The notes beneath the pieces were generated by a model that was not told the origin of the DNA, did not search any database, and saw nothing but the letters and a program-made list of their open reading frames with translations. The position numbers were made by a program, and so were the translations under genes. This document shows positions 13,878 through 28,424 of a DNA stretch of 64,000 bases, in pieces. This DNA is from Eledone cirrhosa (taxonomy: Eukaryota), in contig OZ024741.1 in the NCBI GenBank assembly GCA_964016885.1, forward strand, positions 274,226,001 through 274,290,000, read 5' to 3'. Each line of letters opens with the position of its first letter. Within the stretch, counting starts at the first letter, position 1.

Positions 13878-14055
13878 GAGGTTTCACATTAAGGTCTTTA
13901 TTGATTATACATAGTTAGGGCTGTTTCACGGATGGGTGGCTTTCCTTGATTAATAAGACTAAAGAGCAGATATAACATTAATATAGATCCTTAGTCACCC
14001 ATCTGTAGAATGGTCCTAACTATGTATAATCAATAAAAACATTAATGTGAAACCT
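13878..14055. mobile_element. Short inverted-arm element (13878-13941 / 13993-14055)
   Basis: About 63-bp imperfect inverted arms with outward-facing AATAAA, between microsatellites. Confidence 0.55.
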
Positions 14056-14100
14056 TGTTTTGTTTGCAATGCACACTCACACACACACACACATACACAT

Positions 14101-14211
<111 letters not shown>

Positions 14212-14225
14212 ATTACAACAGCAGA

Positions 14226-14300
14226 GGTCCGACGAGCTTTTGATTCCAGAGTCGGGCCAGATCGAACCTGGAGCTGATCAATAGCGAAACGCACGTCACC
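14226..14300 (+). ncRNA. Type I HHR motif (CCGACGA core)
   Basis: GGT CCGACGA GCT...AGC GAAA CGCACG TC ACC, followed by AATAAA. Confidence 0.7.
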
Positions 14301-14344
14301 AAGCAATTAATAAACGTATTGAAGGCTTAACAAATCGTCCTTGT

Positions 14345-14520
14345 ATTGCCAGGGAACGTCTTCACGAACCAAAGTATCGTCTTCCTGCTTTCCTTCGGTT
14401 GCAACGTTTTTCGAAATATTTACTTCTGCGTTCACAGATTGATTTTTTAGTTTCAGAAGATCCCGTTAAGGGTGAAAGCAGTGATTCTTTGCTTAAACTT
14501 TAATATGTTATTTGAATATA
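14345..14520 (+). mobile_element. Solo pLTR 3' fragment of the 26/36-kb PLE family, with HHR at 14449-14499
   Basis: High similarity to 29245-29420. Confidence 0.85.
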
Positions 14521-14639
14521 TAAATATATATAATTATATATTCGTGTACAGATATTTTTGCATACACAAAAACAAAATATAAACAAATGTATTTATTTCA
14601 TGAAAGCTCAGACGGCTTATCGTCATTGTTACTGCCGAT

Positions 14640-14914
14640 ATGCCATCCAAAAAGTCCCAGCCTGGCCGCAAGATCAGATTTTCCAGAAGAAAAAATGTTA
14701 CTAGAGCAACAGAGAGACTAAGCTTGGCGATTACCATCAACAAAGCTGAGGGTCAAACCTTAAAGTGGCTGGCCTTCATCTGGGAAAACCATGCTTCTCC
14801 CATGGTCAATTGTATGTAGGATGCTCTAGGGTGAGCTGGCCAAACAATTTCTTCATCGTTGCTCCCGAGGGCGGAACAAAATATATTGTATACTCTGAGG
14901 CTCTAACAATGTAA
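14640..14914 (+). pseudogene. Helitron RepHel remnant (basic N-terminus fused to PIF1-type helicase motifs V-VI, frameshifted)
   Basis: MPSKKSQPGRKIRFSRRK...RLSLAITINKAEGQTLK / GLHLGKPCFSHGQLYVGCSRV...TKYIVYSEAL. Confidence 0.85.
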
Positions 14915-15337
14915 TTTATGTATTTTCTGTTACTTGGAATTTCCATTATGGTTGTACAAATTATTGTAAAGTTTGTTAAAAATGTGTTCTCTGTTCAGCA
15001 TTTATTGTTGTAACTCAATTTTCTTTAACGTACTGGCTGCTGAACTGGGGAATCCTAAAAACTATTCAAACCCAACATCAGAGCACGTTAATCCCGCCAC
15101 CCCTCGCTGACTTGAGAGGGCGTGCGGTATCTTTGCAGTGAAGTGGAGTAAGGATTCCTGAAAAGATAAAATGTCGGTATACCTAGCCGGGCGCCAGCTG
15201 GACGGACAGGTAGTTTTACACATATATGATATTTGTTACTCCTTAAATGGTGCGTTGTTAGATAGTATATGTTGGCTGCTAGTTCTAGTGATAATTTTAG
15301 ACTCGTCCCCAAGTCCGTAATGTACAAATATTTTCCA

Positions 15338-15435
<98 letters not shown>

Positions 15436-15439
15436 CTGT

Positions 15440-15520
15440 ACCCCTTGATAAGTTCAGCTAGATTCCCGCCGTTCTACTGGTGGCTTAATTCGGATCTAGC
15501 TGTCGAAACGGCCGGTGCTC
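15440..15520 (+). ncRNA. HHR 5' part with U3-A8 core (TTGATAA), 3'-truncated
   Basis: ACCCC TTGATAA GTT CAGCTAGAT...ATCTAGCTG TC GAAA CGGC; overlaps the TAGCTGYCGAAACGGC family whose 3' half ends TC GGGGT. Confidence 0.6.
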
Positions 15521-15763
15521 TTTCTCTCTCTCTCTATACATATATATATATATATATATATTTTTTTTTTATTTGTTTGACCCGAATTACTTGGTCGTTT
15601 TTATGGCTGTGCGGATGATTGTTTTACCATCGTCTCAGTGTGTTTGGCCTTTAACGTATGTTGTAGCTCTGGTTCATCTGAATCATTGAGCGTTTGCCAC
15701 ACATCTCGGAAGTTGTTTTTCGTTAATTCCTAAGCCGAAATACGATTCTCGCTAATTTATATT

Positions 15764-15794
<31 letters not shown>

Positions 15795-15857
15795 GTATTT
15801 GTGTCTTTAACTTTAAGTTACTATTGGTCCAGCAGGAATATATATATATATATATAT

Positions 15858-16323
15858 ATAATAATATATATGCAGTAAGAAACACAGTAAACCGTGTGTC
15901 TAATATTACAAGGGTTGAAAGACCACATTTGTTTGAAATATTTAACCATGAAGCAGACAGAATGATAAAATAAAATAATATTATACAAACCGCCTCAATA
16001 ACAATTATATCTCTCGGACAGATTATCCCTAATCTGGTTCGCCCTGAGTGTGTTTGCAACAGATAATCATGGGCATCATCAGCGAGAGAATCTGATTAAA
16101 TGCGACAAACACTATGTACCAACGTTCACACAGAAAGATGAATTTATCACCTCGTGCGCCGCAAGTCAAACGTGGTAAGCGTGTAATGGTTAGAAACAAC
16201 AGTCCAACACACGCAACTTAATAAGCTCACCTCAAACAAATATTTCAAACAAATGTGGTCTTTCAACCCTTGTAATATTAGACACATGGTTTACTGTGTT
16301 TCTTACTGCATATATATTATTAT
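15858..16323. mobile_element. Inverted-arm element (15858-15943 / 16239-16323) enclosing an HHR
   Basis: About 85-bp inverted arms at (TA)n. Confidence 0.65.
16010..16089 (-). ncRNA. Type I HHR with long stems I and III
   Basis: Minus strand: TCTCTCG CTGATGA T GCCC...GGGC GAAC CAGATTA-GGGA-TAATCTG TC CGAGAGA (A15.1 replaced by C). Confidence 0.8.
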
Positions 16324-16397
16324 TATAATGCTCAGTATTTTATACTTGGAGCTTAATAATTACAGGGTTTCAATAAGAGTTATTAACTCTAATTTTC

Positions 16398-16508
<111 letters not shown>

Positions 16509-16579
16509 TGTATGTGTGTATGTGTGTGTGTGTGTGTGTTATTTTTCCCAGGGTAGAAATAACAGTAGACACAGCCTAT

Positions 16580-16690
16580 TAAATCTACCATCCAGCTAAT
16601 AACTTGTGGTGTTAAACAAGGCGACATATTATGTATACCACTTAATGTTATTTCAGTGTGTAGTAACGAAGAAGTTAAACAGTGGTGTTG
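16580..16690 (+). pseudogene. Possible decayed LINE reverse transcriptase fragment
   Basis: Reads ITCGVKQGDIL, resembling the RT GVxQGD motif; no further support. Confidence 0.35.
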
Positions 16691-17100
16691 AGACGGGGAA
16701 AAATTAAAGTGCAGAAAATAGGAAATTTATGAGAATACAACGGTTCTTATATTCTGTAAATATTGACGGCAAAATCGAAGATTTAGGCTTTGATAAATGG
16801 TTGAGTTTTTGTGTTAGTGGGTCTGGTTACAAAGAATTGCTTTGGGTTGGGTTTGTGAAGCTATATTTAACAGAGGAGACAACGGAGAACATTTTCTAAA
16901 TGAATCATGGATCACTTATTATAATTATAGAGACTTTCTATTAATGGATGTCGTTAGATTTTTATAACAATAAATACATACACAAATTCATAGACACACA
17001 CATACACATACCTACATACACACACACACACACACTCACACACACAGACTCTCTTTCTCACACACATATATATGTGTGTGTGTCTGTATAATACCATATA

Positions 17101-17193
<93 letters not shown>

Positions 17194-17196
17194 TAT

Positions 17197-18170
17197 ATTT
17201 CTTTTATTTGCCACTAGGGCATCAAAAGTGGGACAAGTACAAAGGGGGGAGTTTACACAAAAAGGCGTCCTCAATAAGGAGGAGGCAATAACAAAATATA
17301 AAAATAAAATAAGATATAACAAAAAATAACATTTTTAACAAAATCCTCAATAGAGAGGAGGCGCCTTGGGGGGTCGCACACACCCCCGAAAAAAGTGTGC
17401 AACCCTTCTCCTCAGGAGCACAGAGAAGGGGTGCTCCCTTGGTCTTTCATCTTCCTCACCTATAGTCTGATGTAGAGTGAAGGCCCATTCACACGGGCCA
17501 TTCTCGCCACTTTCACCCATCTTTCATAGAAACGGCTGGGGTGCAGCACCTCTCTCTCCATCCTGATCCTTCTTCCGAAATGATATCGGAAGAAACGGAC
17601 CAGTTGTTGGCCAGAGAGAAAGGTGCCCGACCTCAGTCCTTTCAGACGCGTCCACCATACAACCTCTTTCGCCATGGCTATTACGCACAGAAACACCGCC
17701 TCTGCTTCATCTTTGAAGGGGGGAGGCGGCTTGATCATTACAATAGACTCGGTGGTCAACCGGATCGGTCCCACCCTTGACAGCAGTTGTTCGACATAGC
17801 CCCACAGATCGGCTACGCCCGAGCAGTGTACTAATGCGTGTGCAACGGTTTCCTCGTCGCACACGCATCTGGGACAGATCTTTTTGGCGGGGTCCCTACC
17901 CGGGCGCCCGTGTCTGTAGAGCCTTTCTCGAACGGGTAAAGCCCCTCGGTAGCACTGCCAGGCCAGGGACTTCTGGAAGTTGTCCATAGGTCCCGGGCTG
18001 AATGTCCTACCGAAAAGGCTGGCCAGTTCGTCCTCCTCCATGTCTAGGGCTTCTCCGAGGGCGTCGTCGCACCTGCTGCGTACCAGCCCTCTATAGAATG
18101 TTGCGGTGGAGTCTCCACTGATAACCGGATCCGCCTGCCAGAGGGCGGTGAGCGCCTGGGCACACTCAGT
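17197..18170 (-). mobile_element. Tx1/L1-like LINE, 5'-truncated (ORF2 C-terminus with CCHC zinc finger plus 3' UTR)
   Basis: LAWQCYRGALPVRERL...CPRCVCDEETVAHALVHC; A-rich end; second copy at 50641-51645. Confidence 0.85.
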
Positions 18171-18279
18171 GTATATATATATAGATAGATAGACAGATAG
18201 ATATATGTATATGTAGTATATATATATATATATACATATACATGTATATACACTCACACTTATATGTATATATATATAC

Positions 18280-18371
<92 letters not shown>

Positions 18372-18921
18372 ATATATATATACATTTATATCAAGGGTAT
18401 ATATTGAGTTAGAAACTCTAAATAGTCTCGTACAATATATATATATATATTTATATATATTTATAAACGTGTCTGTGAAGATATGTACGTGTACGTATAT
18501 CTTGAGTAAAGTACAGTTGTCACAATCGAGTATGACGTGGTAGGGTGTACTTTTGCTAGGGGTTTTAGGTGCCTAAGCTGGTACAGACTGCAGGTACAGA
18601 CTGGTACTTCCTTTATTGACCCCGAAGTTACGAAAGACAAAATGGACCTCGACGAGATCTCCACTCTAAACACAGAACCCCGGAGAAAATATCAAAGAAA
18701 TGATCAGGAAAGCATTCCTGATGATTTCTTTTGAATGAATCAGTTCTCGTCCTGTAGAAGCTATTTGTATCTTAAACATGATATACATAGTGTGTGTATA
18801 TATACATACATATATATATATACTTATGTGTATATATATGTATAACACATACATATATATATACATACACACACGCACACATAACCCCCCCCCCCACGCA
18901 CACACACATACATATATATAT

Positions 18922-19345
18922 ATATTCAATGATATTAAATAAATGGAAACTATATTTATAAAACCATATTTATTCTATTATATATATTTCAAGGGTACCA
19001 ACATTTTGGTACGCTATCATCAGATAAAATACGAAATGTGTTTTATAAATTTTGACATAACCAAGGAAAATATACCTTAACGGTTCAAGTTTTCTTTAAC
19101 GGTTCAAGTTTTCCTATGCAAGGAAAACTTAAACCGTTAAGGTATATTATCCTTGGTTATGTCAACATTTATAAAACACACTTCGTATTTTATCTGATAA
19201 TAGCGTACCAAAATGTTGGTACCCTGGAAATATATATAATAGAATAAACATGGTTTTATAAATATAGTTTCCATTTATTTAATATCATTGAATATTATAC
19301 TCCAGAAAAACTGTCGAGTGCTCTGAATCAGTTATAAACATTTAT
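18922..19345. mobile_element. Fold-back pair of pLTR-like arms (18922-19115 / 19121-19295) plus tail, each arm with an HHR
   Basis: Near-palindrome with 5-nt centre; HHRs at 18971-19031 (-) and 19186-19246 (+). Confidence 0.8.
18971..19031 (-). ncRNA. Type I HHR, canonical core
   Basis: Minus strand: TATTTTAT CTGATGA TAGC GTACCAA-AATG-TTGGTAC CCTT GAAA TATATA TA ATAGAATA. Confidence 0.8.
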
Positions 19346-19382
19346 ATTTGTTGAATTACCAATAAATTGAATAACCCTTCTG

Positions 19383-19431
<49 letters not shown>

Positions 19432-19558
19432 TTATGTGAGTATATATATATATATGCATAACACGTACGTACGTACATACATACGGACAGAGAAATAGAT
19501 AGAGAGATTGATTGATAGGTAGATAGTTGGGCATGTAGACAGCCAGACGGACACACGA

Positions 19559-19615
<57 letters not shown>

Positions 19616-19812
19616 TGGATGGACAGTACAAAGTACATAAAAATGCGAAAAAGAATAACGAGTGAAATTGAAAGAGGATAAGAAAGTAGGAAGGAAGGAA
19701 GGAAAGAAGAAAGACAGAAAGAAAGAGAGAACGACAGAGAAAGAAAGCATTAAAAACAGAATTATATATATATAATTCTGTATATATATATATATGTGTG
19801 TGTGTGTGTATA

Positions 19813-19865
<53 letters not shown>

Positions 19866-20086
19866 GGAGTGGGATTCTATGTGTAAAAAGATGGATTAGA
19901 GGCAAAGTAGGAGGGAGGGAAGAAAAAGGGAGGCTGCGTGTATTCATGATGGCAATTAAGGTCCGCCCGACAAATAAGGGTTATTCAATGTGACGTTGGA
20001 TGTATGTTAAAAGGGGGAGAGACTAGAAATAAATTGCCTTTAGTGAAGATTGATTCAGTAGGAGCGCTCACGTTGCCGCCATTGCT

Positions 20087-20158
20087 GACGACAACGCAGA
20101 CGACAACGCAGACGACAACGCAGACGACACAGCAGACGACAACGCAGACGACACAGCA
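20087..20158. repeat. 12-bp tandem repeat (GACGACAACGCA), about 6 copies
   Basis: Direct reading. Confidence 0.9.
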
Positions 20159-20374
20159 CCATTAGAAAGACGGTGTTTTTATCCAACGATTCAATTGTTA
20201 ACAAGGATGTGTAACAGAACTAGCGGCTAAATACTACTGAATGTTGGCAAGAGAAATTTTGTCAGTGATAATAGAAAACTAATAAGAAAATAATATTCTA
20301 CCAGCAGACATTTTGTCAAAACACCTGTGGTTAGTGTCTATACATGGTTATATCTGTGTGTATTTGTGTGTGCG

Positions 20375-20433
<59 letters not shown>

Positions 20434-20621
20434 TCTCTCACACACACATATATATATATACATACATATGTGAGTAAATATATGTAAATATATATATGTA
20501 TGCATGTATATAGATGTGTGTGAGTATGTATACACCTCCCTACATATATATACGTATGTATATATCTATCCATTCATCTATCTACTTCTCACTCTTTCTC
20601 TCTCTTTCTCTCTCTCTCTCT

Positions 20622-20681
<60 letters not shown>

Positions 20682-20849
20682 CAAATATACATACATACAT
20701 ATACAGGCATGTATTTGGAAAATAAAAAAGTTACTTGAGTATATACGTAAAATACATCCCACAGATATTTACATATGTACACCTATGCTCACATAGATAT
20801 TCACACAATACACATCCAACACACACACACACACACACACTACACACAC

Positions 20850-20900
<51 letters not shown>

Positions 20901-21159
20901 CACACACAACACACACATACACACACAATACACACAACACCAACACACAACACACACAACACACACAATACACACACACAATTCACACACACAATACAAA
21001 CCCCCCATACACACACAATACACACAACACACACACACAATACACACACAATACACACACGCACACAACACACAACACACACAACACACACACACACACA
21101 CAATACACAAACCCCCAACACACAACACACAAACCCCTAACACACACACAACACACATA

Positions 21160-21209
<50 letters not shown>

Positions 21210-21397
21210 TGTTATATGCAAGAAAGTCGGTTAAAGAAACAAAAAAAGCGAAGCTGAGTCAATAGACGTCGTTTCCTGTGGGGATCTGTAAATGCCGTGG
21301 TCGTAATGTCCGCCATCTTTCTCTCTCTATAAACCACCAAACTTACTGAAACCGTCTTCTCGAATATGTTGTAACCTATACTGGGTGGTCATGTTTA

Positions 21398-21820
21398 ACC
21401 ACCGCCACCACCACTACCACCGCCACCGCTGCCGCCATCACCGCTACCACCACCAGCACCGCTACCTCCGCCAGCACCACTACCACCACTACCACCACCA
21501 CCACCGCCACCAACGCCACCACCGCTACCTCCACCAGCACCGTCGCCACTACCGGCACCACCACTACCGCCGCCGGCACCACCGCCAGCACCAGCACCAC
21601 CAGCACTACCACCACCACCGCTACCACTGCCACCACCACCACCACCACCACCACCACCGCTACCACCACATGACAACCACCACCGGTATACCGCTACCAC
21701 CACCACCACCACCACCGCCACCACCGAAAACTCCATCACCACAACCACCGCTACCACCGCCTCCACCACCAATTACACCACCGCCGCTAAAACCACCACC
21801 ACCACAAGCGCCGCCACCGG
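21398..21820. repeat. (CCA/CCG)n low-complexity tract
   Basis: Direct reading. Confidence 0.9.
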
Positions 21821-22119
21821 AAATAAACTGAACTATTTATTGTCCTTCCAGAACTTTCTGTTATCGAAAATGTTCACCGTGGCTCACACTTTCATAATAC
21901 TAAAGAATGGACCTCAGGTGGCGTCGTGGATGAGTTATTTCGATCAACAAAAACAGCCTACTCGTGAAATTAGGGAGTAGGTGTTTGAGAGCATTCCACA
22001 GACACGTGTATACTTAACGAATTCTCTGAGAGATTCATGATAACACAGTGTGACAATGCTAGCCCTTTATATTACAGATACAGTTAATTCAACGGACTTC
22101 TAAGCAGTCTCAGAGTACA

Positions 22120-22252
22120 GAATTAGTCGTCGAAACGGCTTGAGCTCAGCCGTCGGGGTCTTACTTGTTCCTATTACCCACTCTACTACCTCAAGTATTG
22201 AGTATTTTGGTGCATTATGGATCACCTGGTTCCTTACCACATTTCCTTCGTT
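22120..22252 (+). mobile_element. pLTR-like fragment with HHR 3' half ending in (TA)n
   Basis: GAAA CGGC-TTGAGCTCA-GCCG TC GGGGT; homologous to 6620 and 11536 copies. Confidence 0.65.
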
Positions 22253-22297
22253 ATATATAATATATATATATATGTATATATATATTATATATATATA

Positions 22298-22352
<55 letters not shown>

Positions 22353-22360
22353 ATATATAT

Positions 22361-22394
<34 letters not shown>

Positions 22395-22433
22395 ATATAT
22401 TATATATATATAATATATATATATAATATATAT

Positions 22434-22630
<197 letters not shown>

Positions 22631-22709
22631 TATATATATAATATATATATATATTTATAATATATATATAATATATATATATATATAAATATATATATAA
22701 TATATATAT

Positions 22710-22740
<31 letters not shown>

Positions 22741-22801
22741 AATATATATAATATATATATATATAATATATATATATATATAATATATATATATAATATA
22801 T

Positions 22802-22858
<57 letters not shown>

Positions 22859-22945
22859 AATATATATATAATATATATATATGATATATATATAATATAT
22901 ATATATATATATTATATATATATATATATTATATATATATTATAT

Positions 22946-22976
<31 letters not shown>

Positions 22977-23046
22977 GTATATAATATATATATAATATAT
23001 ATATGATATATATATAATATATATATATAATATATATATAATATAT

Positions 23047-23089
<43 letters not shown>

Positions 23090-23732
23090 ATATATATATA
23101 TGCATTATATATATATATATTATATATATATATATATATATAATATATATATATATATAATATATATATATATATAATATATATATATATATAATATATA
23201 TATATATATACAATATATATATAATATATAATATATATATAATATATGATATATATATAATATATATATATATATAATATATATAATATATATATATAAT
23301 ATATATATAATATATATATATATATATTATATATATATATAATAATATATATATATATAATATATATATATATAAAATATATATATAATATATATATATA
23401 ATGTATATATATTATATATGTATTATATATATATATATAATATATATATAATATATATATATATAATATATATATAATATATATATATATATAATATAAA
23501 AATAATATATATATATATAATATATATATATATTATATATATATTATATATCTATTATATATATATATATAATATATATATATATATAATATATATATAA
23601 AATATATATAATATATATATATATATATTATATATATATTATATATATATATACAATATATATATAATATATATATATATATAATATATAATATATATAT
23701 ATAATATATATATATATATAATATATAATATA

Positions 23733-23780
23733 GATTAGATTCTACAGGACTAGAACTGTTTCATTCTTTAGAAATCATCA
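23733..23780 (-). ncRNA. Isolated 5'-clipped HHR core
   Basis: Minus strand: TGATGA T TTC-TAAA-GAA T GAAA CAGTTCTAG TC CTGTAG. Confidence 0.55.
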
Positions 23781-23861
23781 TATATATATATAATATATAT
23801 ATAGTATATATATATATATAATATATATATAATATATATATATATAATATATATATATATT

Positions 23862-23895
<34 letters not shown>

Positions 23896-23910
23896 ATATA
23901 TATATAATAT

Positions 23911-24052
<142 letters not shown>

Positions 24053-24171
24053 TATATATAATATATATATAATATAATATATATATATAATATATATAAT
24101 ATATATATATATATAATACATATATATATAATATATATATAATATATATAATATATATATAATATATATAT

Positions 24172-24300
24172 AATTGTTTCTACTTTAGGCACAAGGCCAG
24201 CAATTATCCAGTGCATTACTGGTACTTTATTTTATCGACCCCGTAAGGATGAAAGGCAAAGTCGACCTCGGCGGGATTTGAACTCATATCATAAAGGGAC
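24172..24300 (-). mobile_element. tRNA-derived SINE family 1 fragment
   Basis: B-box GAGTTCAAATCCC plus core. Confidence 0.8.
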
Positions 24301-24433
24301 TATGTGTGTATATATATATATATTATATATAATATATATATAATATATATATATATTATATATATATATAATATATATATATATATAATATATATATAAT
24401 ATATATATATATATAATATATATATAATATAAT

Positions 24434-24476
<43 letters not shown>

Positions 24477-24487
24477 TATAATATAAT

Positions 24488-24519
<32 letters not shown>

Positions 24520-24732
24520 ATATATATATATATAATATATATATATATATAATAATTATATATATAATATATATATATATATAATATATATATATAATAT
24601 ATATATATAATATATAATATATATATATATAATATATATATAATATATATATATATAATATATATATATATATATAATATATATATAATATATATATATA
24701 TAATATATATATCATATATATATATATAATAT

Positions 24733-24777
<45 letters not shown>

Positions 24778-24810
24778 TATATATATAATATATATATATA
24801 ATATATAAAA

Positions 24811-24886
<76 letters not shown>

Positions 24887-24982
24887 ATATATATATATAT
24901 AATATATATATATATAATATATATATATATAATATATATATAATATAATATATATATATAATATAATATATATATATATAAT

Positions 24983-25037
<55 letters not shown>

Positions 25038-25104
25038 ATATATATATATATTATATATTATATATATATATATATATATTATATATAATATATATATTAT
25101 ATAT

Positions 25105-25136
<32 letters not shown>

Positions 25137-25239
25137 TATATATAATATATATATAATATATATATATTATATATTATATATATATATATATTATATATAT
25201 ATATTATATATTATATATATATATTATATATATATATAT

Positions 25240-25272
<33 letters not shown>

Positions 25273-25337
25273 ACATATATTATATATATATATATATTAT
25301 ATATATATATATATTATATATATATATATATATATTG

Positions 25338-25396
<59 letters not shown>

Positions 25397-25413
25397 ATAT
25401 ATTATATATATAT

Positions 25414-25446
<33 letters not shown>

Positions 25447-25455
25447 ATATATATA

Positions 25456-25534
<79 letters not shown>

Positions 25535-25665
25535 ATATTATATATATTATATATATATATATATATTATATATATATATATTATATATATATATTATATA
25601 TATATATTATGTATATATATTATATATATATATATATAATATATATATATATTATGTATATATAT

Positions 25666-25697
<32 letters not shown>

Positions 25698-26429
25698 ATA
25701 TTATATATATATATATATATTATATATATATATTATATATATATATATTATGTATATATATTATATATATATATTATATATATAATATATATATTATATT
25801 ATATATATTTATTAAAATAACAGATTAAAGTTTAAGCAAAGAATCGCTGCTTTCACCCTTAACGGGGTCTTCTGAAACTAACAAAGTCAATCTGTAAACG
25901 CAGAACTGGATATTTCAAAAAACGTTGCAACCGGAGGAAGACAGGAAGACGATACTTTGGTTCGTGCAAACGTTCGCTGGCAAAGAACGGGAAACAAACG
26001 AATAATACGTCATTAATAGGAGCGGTGAAAAACAATTACGCGCAAAGACAGAACCACGTTTATGGTATAAAAGAGGTCATAGACTAATGTTCTCTTAGCT
26101 GGTGCATAGAGACGTTCTCTGGCAATGAACGAAAAAACGAAGATAGTAAGTCATATGTGGAGCGTGGAGAACAATAGCACGCAAAGACAAAACCACGTAA
26201 ATGGTATAGCAGAAGTCGTAGACTAATATTCTAACTAGGAGACCAAATGAATCTCCGCTACAGAGTTAAGAACAAAGTAAATAGATACAATACAGAAGTA
26301 ATAGAAACAAATAAATACATACACGCAAACAGATACGTACATACACAAGCATACGCAAAACCTTACCATAGGTATACAAAACCACGTACATATAAATATG
26401 TGTGTGTGTGTATGCTTGTGTACAACCGC

Positions 26430-28424
26430 GAAAAGCAGACAACAAACAGGTTAAATTTAGATTTAAAATAACCCTATAATAACCCTCCGTGGAACCCAGC
26501 ATTGCTACCCTTCGAAAATGATGTCTTGGAACTCATTCGGTGTATCAAATTTCGGATTAGGAGCAATTCCTTCCCGCAAGACCTGAAGAATAGAATTCGT
26601 TCTATTAAGGATTCTAACGCCGTGCACGTCCATTCCGACAAAACTGGCAACCTATATCAAGTGGAGCGCAGTACTTACCATCAACTACTACATAATGCTG
26701 TAACTAAGGATTACCGTAAAACTACTCGGTGTGTCATCAATGAAATCAACGATGCTGGGTTTAAAATCACATCTGATCTCAACATCCTGGACCGGACCGA
26801 AACTCTGGACCCTATCTCTCCCCACTTTACCCTGAAGGATCACAAATCTAATTTTCCGAACAACCCCTCTATTCCGCTTATTAACCCTACGAAGTCCGAT
26901 TTAGGTAGACTTAGTAAAACGATTTTTGATAGAAGTATACCTGAAATTAGAAGTTTGGCCCCTCTCGCACTGTGGAACAATTCTTTCGCGGTGATTGATT
27001 GGTTCAACGGCATATGTAACAAGGAACATTGCTGTTTTATCCAATTCGACATCAACAATTACTACTCCTCCATCTCTTTACCACTTCTCCTTAGAGCTAT
27101 CAATTTCGCTAAAACACTCACAGTGGCTAAGGATTTCGAAGTTGATGTCATCCTTAGTGCCCGAAAGTCGGTGATAAATTTCGACGACTCTATTTGGATT
27201 AAAAAATCCAATAGTACCCCATTCGACGTGAGCATGGGCGCCAGTGACTCTGCGGAGGTTACTGATCTTATTGGCCTTTTCCTTCTTTTCTCTATCAAGG
27301 ACAAATTCCCCAACGCGGGCGGTGGTTTGCACCGTGACGATGGCCTTTTGACCATGACTACGTGCTGACCTCGTGCTTGCGACAGGTTCAGAAAAGAACT
27401 CACAGCCTTCTTTAAAGGCTTCAACCTCTCTATACAGGCTGAGGCCCATCTCTCGGTCGTTAATTACCTCGACGTTACCCTCAATTTATTGAATGGGTTG
27501 TATTACCCGTATAGAAAGCCGAATGATACGCTTAATTACATAAGTAAGCATTCCAACCATCCTGCCAGCATAACCAAGAACCTGGTAAAAAACGTTTCGT
27601 TGAGGCTTTCCCGTCTTTCCACCAACGAGCGCATTTTCAACGACCATTCCACTTATTACAATGAAGCTCTTGCTCGAAGTGGATTTGTCGATAAGGTAAC
27701 ATATACAGAGTACGAAAATAGACCTAGAAGAAATAGATCCCGTCGCATTTGTTGGTTTAACACACCATATAATATGGAGGTGGCCACACCATTATCTAAG
27801 ATCTTTCTTTCCCTTATTACGAAGCATTTTCCCCCTACACATAAATATAGTAAAATTTTTAATAGAAATACCATTAAAATTTCTTACTCTACGACTCCTA
27901 ACCTTGCACATAACATCACAGCTTCAAATTTAGCTAAACTACCTAGCCGTAGGAACACGTGCAACCCTGTAGTTAGTACTAACTGTAACTGTAGGAATCG
28001 GGCTCATTGTCCCCTATCCGGGAAATGCCTCTCTAGTAACATTGTCTACAAATGTAAGGTTGTAACACCCACGTCCCGTAGAGCCTACATAGGGTTAACC
28101 GCCAATAGTTTCAAGCAGCGTCTTTACATGCATACCCATTCTTTTCGTTACCCTCTAAGAAGGAATATGACGTCACTTTCAGCTTATATCTGGAGTCTAA
28201 AAGACAACCACACCCAATATAAGTTACACTGGGAGATCCTAGCTAGGGCTAGATCGTATAACGGAAATAAAAGACCATGTGACCTCTGCGCCGCTGAGGC
28301 CCTGGAAATACTCTACGCCACAGACCACATCTTAAACGAAAAATCTGAGGCAATTTCGGCTTGTAAACATAAATTGCACAAAACTTTCCTGTATTACAAC
28401 CCCACGTTATACCCTAACGGATAG
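26430..28424 (+). pseudogene. PLE reverse transcriptase + GIY-YIG endonuclease, 5'-truncated, in-frame stop at 27366-27368
   Basis: QFDINNYYSSI, SMGA, GGLHRDDGL, NYLDVTL, CNC.....CPLSGKC, IVYKC...YIGLT...FKQR; the two track ORFs are in the same frame. Confidence 0.92.

Noticed and set aside
21210-21320. Minus-strand AAGATGGCGG start context with a 34-codon ORF
   Set aside because: No splice donor or recognisable protein; insufficient evidence
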